The position numbers were made by a program, and so were the translations under genes. Positions 34,635 through 42,643 of a DNA stretch of 42,643 nucleotides are shown here, piece by piece (within the stretch, counting starts at the first letter, position 1; every line of letters begins with the position of its first letter). Source of the DNA: a virus (taxonomy: Duplodnaviria > Caudoviricetes). The DNA lies in IMG/VR virus record IMGVR_UViG_3300024331_000003, positions 1 through 42,643 of that record, one strand, 5' to 3'. The notes under the pieces are model-generated. The model saw nothing but the letters and a program-made list of their open reading frames with translations, was not told the DNA's origin and did not search any database.

Positions 34635-35066
34635 TCAGCTTCCCTCAAGGAACAAAGCACCTTCGTAAAATCGCCGCTTCAGAAGTCCCTTGACCTCGGC
34701 GGTTCCAACCCTGTCCCACTTCGGAAATTCCTTGGCCGCACCCATCCAGTCACGTTCCAATATCTTCGCCAGAAGCGTTGAACCTCCGAATGCGCCTAGT
34801 CCGATATTGTAGGCGAGACTGATGCACGCGGCGGCCTGCTGGACTGACAATTTGACCGCGCTCGTTTTCATGGAAACGACCGTCTCCACATTCGTCACGC
34901 GCTTCTGTAGGTCGGTGTCGGCTTGTGCCTGCGTCCAGACTGTTCCTTCGGTAATGCCGTTTCCCGTGCTGCCCCAACCGATGGTCCATGTGCCGCCCGA
35001 ATCCTGGTATGCCTGAAGCCGACACGACTCGCGAGCCTTGATGAAATCGAGCGCGATCTGGTTCAT
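34635..35066 (-). CDS. Endolysin, GH24 lysozyme
   Basis: E-x8-D-x5-T triad 'ESCRLQAYQDSGGTWTIGWG', 'AYNIG..AF..STL', 'GLLKRR..E..LF'. Confidence 0.93.
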   Translation of the reverse strand: MNQIALDFIKARESCRLQAYQDSGGTWTIGWGSTGNGITEGTVWTQAQADTDLQKRVTNVETVVSMKTSAVKLSVQQAAACISLAYNIGLGAFGGSTLLAKILERDWMGAAKEFPKWDRVGTAEVKGLLKRRFYEGALFLEGS

Positions 35067-37321
35067 GGCAGCTCAATCGCCTCTACCGTCCCATTCCAAA
35101 CACTATTGGTGTTCAAAACGGCTTTGCCTGCAACATCAGTCCAATAAGGCGTCCCAACCGTCAACCCGGTGACGACAGCGCATTGGTTCAACTGACGCCC
35201 TGTCATGGCGACTGCGCTATCATTTTCGGCAATCATAGACGGTCCTGCTTGCGTTCCCGTCAGCGCATGGTTTCTGCTCGGCGAAGCCCCCGTACCGTAC
35301 GAGACTTGAAACGACGCAATTCCTTCGGGTGCTGCCGCCGTGGAATTTGTCACATACCCAAACGCGCAAAACTGTACGATGCCGCTGATCGCCGGTGTGA
35401 TCGAGCCGGAGAATCCCCCCATCGTCGCAGCCGATAGACTGTTCGGCGACCATGTATCCAATATGCCTTGATATGTCGCTGCCGCCTGTGTGCCGTTGAT
35501 CTCGCTTGCGCTTGCGAACCATGAGGCCACCGGCTTGACCGCGTAGGTCGTAGCCGCCGTCTGCAAGCGAAACGTCTGGCTTTTGTTGCTCAGGCTCGTC
35601 AGGTTGAGCTGATCGATCGACGATCCGAGAAACGACGTTCCGACGGAGATCGAGCCTTCATTGGCGATCTGCAATCGGCCACTGCTCATATCCAGCATTC
35701 CGCCAGGGTCGGAACCGTCTCCCATCGTGCCCCCGGTGAACGTAGCGGGGGCACCGTTAGCCACGTCATAAACGATAGTCTTGCCGTGATTTTTGAAAGT
35801 GAAGTTGGTGAAGTTGGGGTTCGCAGTTCCGCTGCCGTGCATGTATACGGAGACTGAATCTGGATCGGGTACAATCCCCCCTCCGTCATCGCGGCAGCCC
35901 ACGAATTTCGGCCAGCTTGTGTTGTCGGCAATCTCGTAACTGACGCGATAGGATAGAACGAGGCAATCGACAAAGGTCAGGCCGTCGTTGCCGTTCCCTG
36001 AATTGACGGCATAGATACCGGATGAATTGACCGTACGCGCATCGCTGATGAGCGTTCCGCCGCCGCCGTAGGCCGGATTGGTGAAGGTGAAGTTTGCCGA
36101 CGTACAGCCGGAATTGAGCGGCGCGGACAATTGCACGAGTTTCAGTGCTGAGTGGTTGTTTGACCGCGCAAGGACGGTCAGGCTGCCCGGGTCGCATGCG
36201 CTGGCTGCCACAGCCGAGCCGACCTGGATATCGTCATTGATGCTCGCCAGCGCGATAACGTCGCGCCTGCCCGTCACATCTTCCCAAGTACCTGCAATCA
36301 CATCGGACGGAGCAAATGTCGTACCCGGAGCGTAGGCATGTGTGGTGTCGATAACCGTCAGGGAGGGAATGTATTTAACACAACTGCCATTGATCCCTTG
36401 TGGCGTCAAATCATCCCCGGTTGCCCATGTGCTTGCAGCGGAAATCACATATTCGCAAGTACCGCCGGGACCGGAAATGATGCTCGATATCGTGTACGTC
36501 TCACTGACGTTTGCACTATTCTTGAACAGCGTATTATCGCACTCTACGCCCTTGAAATGTTCTACGTCGTGGTTGTTTGCCATATAGAGGCAGCCGCCAA
36601 GACCGGCATGAACAACGACGTTCTCGACCACAGCATTCGGCGCACCTTCGACATGGAAGCCCCGGCTGAAGCCGAGAATGTTGACATCCCGTAAAATTGT
36701 ACCACGCGCGCTTAGTTTGATCCCGGTTGGCGAGTTTGCCTCGAAATTTTTCTTCGCATCCATCAACTGGCGATGCGTGGCCGTGCTGGTTATGTTATCG
36801 ACGGCTTTGTTGATGAAAGTGCAGCCCTGAAACCCGCTGTTCGTGTTGTTCAGATTGACGTTAACCGCCCCGCCGGAATTGTCTATTTCAATAGCTCCGG
36901 GGGTTGTTGTCCAAACAGTCGTATTCGGCAAATGTGTTCCTGTCTGACCACAGTGGAACACCATTCCGGCCGGCATTGCCGGAGAAGTGCTGAGTGTGAA
37001 GTGCAACCCGTCGCCATAGATGTCCGACAATCCTTGCGCCGTCGCGGCAGCCACAAGCGACGCGAATTGCGCATTGCAATTCGCAGCCGCCGTCGTACAG
37101 CCATAGCCCCTGATGGAAAGGTGCGCCAGAGTGGCAGCGTCCCCGGTCGCAGGATCAATGATGACGACATTCGATGCGGGCGCCCCGAGATTGACAAGCC
37201 CGGCATTGGCAACCGGATCAATAATAACCACATTCCCGGCAGGAGCGCCGAGATTCACAGGTGCCGCTATTGCAGTCGAAGCGGTCAGCAGCCCAAGCGC
37301 GAGGGCGAGATGTTTCAACAT
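35063..37321 (-). CDS. Tailspike-like beta-helix protein with N-terminal signal peptide
   Basis: MLKHLALALGLLTASTAIA|AP; duplicated VNLGAPA.NVVIIDP; beta-helix body; many Cys. Confidence 0.7.
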   Translation of the reverse strand: MLKHLALALGLLTASTAIAAPVNLGAPAGNVVIIDPVANAGLVNLGAPASNVVIIDPATGDAATLAHLSIRGYGCTTAAANCNAQFASLVAAATAQGLSDIYGDGLHFTLSTSPAMPAGMVFHCGQTGTHLPNTTVWTTTPGAIEIDNSGGAVNVNLNNTNSGFQGCTFINKAVDNITSTATHRQLMDAKKNFEANSPTGIKLSARGTILRDVNILGFSRGFHVEGAPNAVVENVVVHAGLGGCLYMANNHDVEHFKGVECDNTLFKNSANVSETYTISSIISGPGGTCEYVISAASTWATGDDLTPQGINGSCVKYIPSLTVIDTTHAYAPGTTFAPSDVIAGTWEDVTGRRDVIALASINDDIQVGSAVAASACDPGSLTVLARSNNHSALKLVQLSAPLNSGCTSANFTFTNPAYGGGGTLISDARTVNSSGIYAVNSGNGNDGLTFVDCLVLSYRVSYEIADNTSWPKFVGCRDDGGGIVPDPDSVSVYMHGSGTANPNFTNFTFKNHGKTIVYDVANGAPATFTGGTMGDGSDPGGMLDMSSGRLQIANEGSISVGTSFLGSSIDQLNLTSLSNKSQTFRLQTAATTYAVKPVASWFASASEINGTQAAATYQGILDTWSPNSLSAATMGGFSGSITPAISGIVQFCAFGYVTNSTAAAPEGIASFQVSYGTGASPSRNHALTGTQAGPSMIAENDSAVAMTGRQLNQCAVVTGLTVGTPYWTDVAGKAVLNTNSVWNGTVEAIELP

Positions 37322-39237
37322 CAGTGGAATTTCTGGTGATGGAGTTCGGCAATCTGAGACTTCAATCCCGCGATTTCCTTCTGCTGCGCTTGGATGGCAG
37401 CAACAAGAAATGCGGTCATTTCTTGATAGCGGACACCTCTCAATTTTCCATCGCCTCCATAGCCCGCAAGGCGCGAATCAATCTTTTCGATTGCATGCGC
37501 GCCAAGACCAGGCTGCATCTTCTTGTCGCCCTTCCATTCCGGCGTGGTATGTTTCCAAGTGAACCAGAAGGGTTTCATCTGCATCAATTCTGATAGGGCT
37601 TGGTCTCCATCTATGAAGCCGTGATTATCCTTCAGTTCTTCGAGGGATGCCAAGCACGCAAGACTGTCGTCCTGATTAATGACATTCGTGGCCAAAATGC
37701 AGAGCGTTCCCTGAGTTGCGGCTGAGGAGTTTGCCAGATTTGGAATCACCAGTTTCCCGGTGTTCCCTGAATTGCCGAGTGTGATTATTCCCGTCGATGT
37801 CCCGGTATTGATATTTGTCGCGAAGTTGCTGCTTGCATTTAATGAAGCTGTGGCGCCCGTTTCGGTAATGCCGGCATTTAACGTCAGCAACAATGGCACT
37901 GTGCATCCTGTGCTGATGCAATCGACCTGGTTCACACCTCCGGCGATCAAATCTGCGTGTCCTGACGCGCCGCCAACGCCTGTTGTCGTGTCGCCGCGAT
38001 TGGTGATGAGGTCAGGGACGGTCGCAGTCGGGGTAGAATTGAGAAGTTCGTATGATGTGGTCGTATTGGCGAGGACGTTGGCGACTTGATTGATGTTGGT
38101 CGTCACCATGCTCAGTGCGCCGGTGATGGTCACATTGCCGCCAAAACGCGCCGTACTGAGATTGGTACACGTCAAGTTACCGCTGCATGTAGGCGGCTCA
38201 ACATCAAGCGTAAATGTCGTCGTGAAAGTCGTCGCGTTTGTGCTGGTGAGCGCGGGCGCGAAGATTTTATTTATGTTCACGTTGGCGATCGTGCCGCTGT
38301 CGGTCGAGTCGTTGATGGTCGTGGCGTCAATAGCCCAAAGCTGCTGTCCTGCCGCAGTTCCCATCACAGGGAATGTCAAATTGCTGATACCACCATGCCG
38401 CACAATGCCGGCGAACGTGGATTGCGCCGTCGAGTCGCTGTAGAGCGCGAAATTATTTGTTGTGCCGCCCGCGTTCGTCCCGCCGTTGCCGGTGATGTAA
38501 ATGCCGCGATTGTTGGTCGTACCGGTCACCGCACCGCCGCTGGGAACGACGCTGTAATAGTCGTAATTGTTCAGCGTCCCGCCACCTGACGATCCGGTCA
38601 AACCGTTGGCAGAAAATTCGATGGACGTACACGTACCGCTCGCACAACCGTTGCCTGCGTTCTTCGCGTCGTCCAGAAATCCACGATAATTCGGAATGAT
38701 GAGACCGCTGTTATTTGTGAGCAGATTATTCTCGAAACCGATGACGGCAGTTCCGGTTCCGGTATACCCCGCGTCCAGCGTCTGATTGACCATCACGCCT
38801 TCATAATTGGCGAGATTAGCGGCTCCTGTAATATGCGAATTAATCAGGATGGAATCGGCGTTCGGTGTACCTGCGCCGCTCATCGTGTAGACGGAATTAT
38901 CGCGAAGGCCGGCAAATGTGCCCGTTCCGGTATAGGCTGGCGAACCACTCAGGCGCAGTGTCGAGATACCATCGCTATCAATGCCTTGAACATTGAACCC
39001 GGCACTGAAGACGTTATCCGTATTGTTGAGTGGGATCGTTGCACCGCTGGTTCCGGTATTGACGATGGCTGCCGTGCCAAGCCCGAGATTCGTTCGTGAA
39101 GTCGAAGCCGACACGACATCGGAAAGGTTGTTGCCTGGTCGCAAAGCCGAGATGGCGTTGATTGGAGAATTGCTTTGTGCAAGCGCGACAACAGCAAAAA
39201 GAAGTCCACCTGCGATGACGATGAAACGCCGCATCAC
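37321..39237 (-). CDS. Tail fibre with S74-type intramolecular chaperone and N-terminal signal peptide
   Basis: MRRFIVIAGGLLFAVVALA|Q; fibre motif 'SRTNLGLGTAA..NTGTSG.TIPL'; C-terminal 'SLEELKDN..MKPFWFTWK..GLGAHAIE..VRYQEMTAFLVAAIQ' plus coiled coil. Confidence 0.8.
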   Translation of the reverse strand: MMRRFIVIAGGLLFAVVALAQSNSPINAISALRPGNNLSDVVSASTSRTNLGLGTAAIVNTGTSGATIPLNNTDNVFSAGFNVQGIDSDGISTLRLSGSPAYTGTGTFAGLRDNSVYTMSGAGTPNADSILINSHITGAANLANYEGVMVNQTLDAGYTGTGTAVIGFENNLLTNNSGLIIPNYRGFLDDAKNAGNGCASGTCTSIEFSANGLTGSSGGGTLNNYDYYSVVPSGGAVTGTTNNRGIYITGNGGTNAGGTTNNFALYSDSTAQSTFAGIVRHGGISNLTFPVMGTAAGQQLWAIDATTINDSTDSGTIANVNINKIFAPALTSTNATTFTTTFTLDVEPPTCSGNLTCTNLSTARFGGNVTITGALSMVTTNINQVANVLANTTTSYELLNSTPTATVPDLITNRGDTTTGVGGASGHADLIAGGVNQVDCISTGCTVPLLLTLNAGITETGATASLNASSNFATNINTGTSTGIITLGNSGNTGKLVIPNLANSSAATQGTLCILATNVINQDDSLACLASLEELKDNHGFIDGDQALSELMQMKPFWFTWKHTTPEWKGDKKMQPGLGAHAIEKIDSRLAGYGGDGKLRGVRYQEMTAFLVAAIQAQQKEIAGLKSQIAELHHQKFH

Positions 39238-39737
39238 TGTACCTCTGTCGCTGACCAGCGATGACCGATGGTCGTTGCGTTCACGCTCACCGCAGCCGTG
39301 ATGACGGAATTAGGCGCAACGATTAAAGAAGTGGAGCCACATGGCGGAAGATCGGCAAAGTTGGTTGCCCCTGCTACGGTAGCGCTTCCCGTTACGCTGA
39401 CGTACAAATCTTCCGTCGCCGCGATGCCTTCTCCTGCTGCCGTGCAAGGATTCTGGATCACGAAACCCTTGCGCGATGCGTTGGACGCCGCCGCATTCTG
39501 CGCCGTTCCGCCTACCGTCAGCGTGCCGCCGCGATCAGTTGGCGCAACGCCAACGGGGGCCGGACTAACGCCGCCACCCGCGCCCGTCACCGGCACAGGA
39601 TTGCTGCCCGTATATGGCGCACCCGTCGAATCCGAGAGTGCTGTCACGCTTTGGCTTCCCCCGAAGTTCGGTGGATCGGCCCATGCCGCTGTCGCGACAA
39701 GCAGCATCGCGCCTGTTAGAGCAAATATCCTTCGCAT
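39234..39737 (-). CDS. Small beta-sandwich virion-type protein with signal peptide
   Basis: MRRIFALTGAMLLVATAAWA|D; 'GGTAQ..AASNASRKGFVIQNP' motif; TAATG coupling. Confidence 0.7.
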   Translation of the reverse strand: MRRIFALTGAMLLVATAAWADPPNFGGSQSVTALSDSTGAPYTGSNPVPVTGAGGGVSPAPVGVAPTDRGGTLTVGGTAQNAAASNASRKGFVIQNPCTAAGEGIAATEDLYVSVTGSATVAGATNFADLPPCGSTSLIVAPNSVITAAVSVNATTIGHRWSATEVQ

Positions 39738-40498
39738 TATCGCACCCAATAGCCGACTTCCGGGGCGTAGGTTGCTGCCGATGGCGCGGTGAGTACCGGA
39801 TACCAGATGTACAGAAGCGCAGTATGGCCTGCGCCGATAACGACCGGAGGCAATGCCTGCGGCATGATGTTGGCGTTCGCGACTGTGATTGAACCGACTG
39901 CACCTTCCACGCTGCCAAAGGTGAGCAGATTCATATCGCCCACGACATTGATAACCGTCGTTGACACGCCGGGGCGGATGTTGCGAAGCGGCACGATGGT
40001 TCGCGCTGCGCCAGATGCGGCCGGAGCCACAATAGCGCCGACGTTGATAACTGCGGGCGACGTTACGTTTGCCGCCATGTTCGGACTGTTGGAAGTCAGT
40101 GCAGTCCCGCCCGAGGTGTAGCGGTTGATCGAATCCACCACGACCGCAATCGCCGAATATCCTGCCGTAGTCGTACAGGCACCGGCCGCGATGGCCGTCA
40201 GTGCCACATAATCAAGATAGAGCCGCTGGCCGGAGGCCGAGCCATTATAGACAGTCACGAACGGGGAAGTTGCGACCTGTGATGTGCCGTACGTCGGCAC
40301 GATCCCTGATGCAGATCCGGCCGTGAAATACGATCCTTCATCCGCCAGATTGTGCGCCTTACGGACAAGGGGCTGCGTATAGAATTCGCCGTATGCACCT
40401 TGGCGTACGGCTACATCGGTATTGAGCGAATCCAGATTGATCGAGGGAAGCGCGCGCGAGACGAGGCCCTTGATCAGGGCTTGCGGTGAGAGTGCCAT
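39737..40498 (-). CDS. Putative tail/virion structural protein
   Basis: 253 aa beta-rich, GGAG RBS, in the tail fibre block. Confidence 0.6.
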   Translation of the reverse strand: MALSPQALIKGLVSRALPSINLDSLNTDVAVRQGAYGEFYTQPLVRKAHNLADEGSYFTAGSASGIVPTYGTSQVATSPFVTVYNGSASGQRLYLDYVALTAIAAGACTTTAGYSAIAVVVDSINRYTSGGTALTSNSPNMAANVTSPAVINVGAIVAPAASGAARTIVPLRNIRPGVSTTVINVVGDMNLLTFGSVEGAVGSITVANANIMPQALPPVVIGAGHTALLYIWYPVLTAPSAATYAPEVGYWVR

Positions 40499-40509
40499 TT
40501 ATTTCTCCG

Positions 40510-41364
40510 TTAGAAAGGCGGCATTTCGTAAGGCACGAAGCCGCCGCCGGCTGCTTGAGCCTGTGTGATTGCCAGTAGTAATTGCGCCCGCATCAGATCG
40601 TTCAGTTGTGCCAAGCGAGGCGAAGGGTCGATGGATATGAGCGACTGAGGCGACAGTACAATTGCCCCGTTCGCATCGACGGTCGGTCCCGTTATCGAGA
40701 CGGACCATCCGCCGGATTGCCCGACGTTCCATGTCCCGAGCTGCCCAACATTCCATGCCCCGGACTGCGCAGACGCGACAGGACTGAGAATATTGTCGAT
40801 ATCGTGCGACAGTGGCTGTACGACAAGCGGCGTGCCATCGGGTGGATTCTCCACAATGGCGCCGAACTTCGCATTGCCGATCAGACCGCCTGCCTGAAAC
40901 GGCGTCCCGAGCGTGGTATTAATCGTGGCGAGCGAAGCATCCTTTGCCGCTCCGGTCGTGTTGGTTGCAATCGCCGCGAGATTACCGCCCGTTTCCTGCG
41001 CTGCGTTCGTCGGCAATGCTTGCTTGTTCGCTACCAGAGCGGCCGTGTTGTCGGCGATTGCCCCAAGATTGCCGCCCATTTCCTGCGCCGCATTGGGTGG
41101 AAGCGGGAGCGTATCGATGCTCAGGGCTGGTACCGTCGATACCGATACGGAACCCGCGACCTGCAGAGGCGGCATTAACTGCGCTTCGATATCTTCCAGT
41201 GTCGATTCTTCCGCTGCGTTCAAAGCTAATGGCGGCGTGACCGTGACGCGGTAAATTATGTACTCGCCCGTGGTCGCATCGATGCCGAGGAAATCGCCGG
41301 TGGTTTCATCGAGAATCCAGCGCGGGGCTTCCAGAGCGTTTGACGTATCGGTTTTTGTCAGCAT
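40510..41364 (-). CDS. Putative fibre-like virion protein with internal repeats
   Basis: LP.NAAQE.GGNL.AIA twice and Q.G.W.V three times. Confidence 0.6.
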   Translation of the reverse strand: MLTKTDTSNALEAPRWILDETTGDFLGIDATTGEYIIYRVTVTPPLALNAAEESTLEDIEAQLMPPLQVAGSVSVSTVPALSIDTLPLPPNAAQEMGGNLGAIADNTAALVANKQALPTNAAQETGGNLAAIATNTTGAAKDASLATINTTLGTPFQAGGLIGNAKFGAIVENPPDGTPLVVQPLSHDIDNILSPVASAQSGAWNVGQLGTWNVGQSGGWSVSITGPTVDANGAIVLSPQSLISIDPSPRLAQLNDLMRAQLLLAITQAQAAGGGFVPYEMPPF

Positions 41365-41371
41365 CAGAGCC

Positions 41372-41734
41372 TCAGAATGTGTTTGTCAGCAGCACGGCGA
41401 CATTATTGGATATGCCCTTCTTTCCGACATTATCCGTCACCGTACAGATGAATTGGCCTGCCAATGTCGAATCCGGTTGCGGCGTCCCGCTGAATGTCGT
41501 TCCCGCCAGCGTCGGACTCGTGATGGTAATTCCGTGTTGGCCGCTTACTTGCGACCATTGGTATGTGTAGGGCGCAGTGCCCCCCGTCGGCATACACGTC
41601 ACGGCTGGCGTGGTCAGCAAGCCCTGCCCCACGGCTCCGACCGATAGCGGCGAAGCTGGACAGGCGAATTGCCCTCCGCCTCCTGCTCCGCCCACACCGC
41701 CGCGCCCGAGCCCGAGCGTGGCAACGCCTGCTAT
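41372..41734 (-). CDS. Small Ig/PKD-like tail tip protein, probable ATA start
   Basis: 'PTGGTAPYTYQW..ITITSPT..TTFS..FICTVTD'; GGAG 7 nt before the ATA overlapping the upstream TAG. Confidence 0.65.
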   Translation of the reverse strand: MAGVATLGLGRGGVGGAGGGGQFACPASPLSVGAVGQGLLTTPAVTCMPTGGTAPYTYQWSQVSGQHGITITSPTLAGTTFSGTPQPDSTLAGQFICTVTDNVGKKGISNNVAVLLTNTF

Positions 41735-42534
41735 GACACATCTCCGCTGGCAATCCAGATATTCGCGGCGACATTCAGAATTGTCGCCAGGCCGTTCTGC
41801 GGAATGTTCAGCGGGCCGTTTGTCGTCGTCCCATGCAGATAGAGCGTGACACCCGTATCGCGAACCAGCGTGAGCAGTCCCGCCCCGATATTCGAGATTG
41901 CAACCATATCGCCGATCGTCCACGCGACCGTCGCCTGTTTCGTGATCGTGTAATTATGCGCAGCGCCCGAATTGTGCTGTACGCATTTGCCGCGGTCAGC
42001 CAGAACGAGCGCATATGTCCCGTCCTGCTCGTTGATCGGTGCGCCGAGATAACCAAGCGACGAACCTGTTGTCGCGTCGGTCGGGATTGGATTGAAGGAC
42101 CATGCGCCGGTAACAGCCGCCGCGCCGTCCTCAAACGGAATTGTATGACCCGATGTCCCTGTATTCTCGACTGCGGCTGTACCAAGCCCCAAGTTCGCCT
42201 GCGCCTGCGCATTGTTCGCGAGATTCGAGAGCAGTATATCGGCACCAGCGGGCGGCGTAGGCGACACATTCGAGAAGAACCCGAGATTGGCACCTCCCGA
42301 ATCCGTCCAGCCGACATCATAGAGAAGGCTTGTATCGCCCCATGCGATCTCGAATTGACCACCGCTATTGGCCGACAGCGGATTAGGCAATGGCGTAATG
42401 AGATTCTGGCCGTCATAGACGTTCTGCAGGACGGCCGTGCCTGCCTGATAGAAGAACAGCTGCGCCCCGGCGACAGGCTCGCCGTCGATGTTCAGCGCGG
42501 GATTGGGTAGGCCGAGAAGCCGTCCTGCGGTCAT
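41731..42534 (-). CDS. Tail fibre/adaptor with P22-type head-binding-like N-terminus
   Basis: 'DGEPVAGAQLFFYQAGT..VY..PNPL.ANSGG', 'AQANLGLGTAA.ENTGTSG.TIP', C-terminal 'YALVLADRGK..W.ASGD'. Confidence 0.75.
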   Translation of the reverse strand: MTAGRLLGLPNPALNIDGEPVAGAQLFFYQAGTAVLQNVYDGQNLITPLPNPLSANSGGQFEIAWGDTSLLYDVGWTDSGGANLGFFSNVSPTPPAGADILLSNLANNAQAQANLGLGTAAVENTGTSGHTIPFEDGAAAVTGAWSFNPIPTDATTGSSLGYLGAPINEQDGTYALVLADRGKCVQHNSGAAHNYTITKQATVAWTIGDMVAISNIGAGLLTLVRDTGVTLYLHGTTTNGPLNIPQNGLATILNVAANIWIASGDVS

Positions 42535-42643
42535 GGATTGGCCTGCTGTTGGAAGCCGATGGCCGTTGCCGCAGCTGGACCGTGAAGCGTCGGACGCCTG
42601 ATCTTCGCGGCCTGTGCGAGTACCTGGCGAAGCTGTGCGCTGT
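42517..42643. repeat. Terminal direct repeat copy 2 (circular assembly overlap)
   Basis: Identical to 1-127. The stop of the 15..1952 gene overlaps the ATG of 41731..42534 (ATGA) across the join. Confidence 0.95.

Noticed and set aside
40700-41110. Internal repeats as a CRISPR array or DGR template/variable repeat pair
   Set aside because: They are in-frame peptide repeats; there is no spacer pattern, no adenine-specific divergence and no reverse transcriptase in the genome.
1-42643. Stop-codon reassignment or a tail-chaperone programmed frameshift
   Set aside because: Core genes are full length in the standard code and there is no long-tail module.

Overview
The window is a complete, circularly permuted dsDNA phage genome of 42,516 bp. 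Bases 1-127 are identical to 42517-42643, which is most likely an assembler overlap, and the genes join correctly across that junction. It is a GC-rich podovirus with a P22-like virion module. The host is probably an alphaproteobacterium, inferred from DUF6456-like, DnaA_C HTH, DUF1376 and DUF3309 genes. A divergent promoter region at about 21121-21221 splits the genome. The + strand arm (21222-29939) carries RecT, NinB, an HNH nuclease, DUF1643 and many small accessory genes. The - strand arm runs Cro, DnaA_C protein, resolvase, DUF559, replication initiator and loader, late regulator, TerS, TerL, portal, scaffold, major capsid, head completion, tailspike, gp10-like, ejection proteins, then across the junction tail fibres, lysozyme, a GH26 lipoprotein and holin/spanin-like genes. 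No integrase or CI repressor is recognisable. The most unusual signals are: (1) three consecutive tail fibre/spike-type genes that all start with Sec signal peptides and are rich in Cys pairs; (2) a 450-nt non-coding interval in the lysis region holding a 228-nt tRNA-like RNA with a 174-nt insert plus a double-pseudoknot leader; (3) an inverted HNH gene spanned exactly by an antisense ORF coupled to both neighbours; (4) an antisense tRNA-Ile(UAU). All family calls come from motif recognition by eye; no searches were run.
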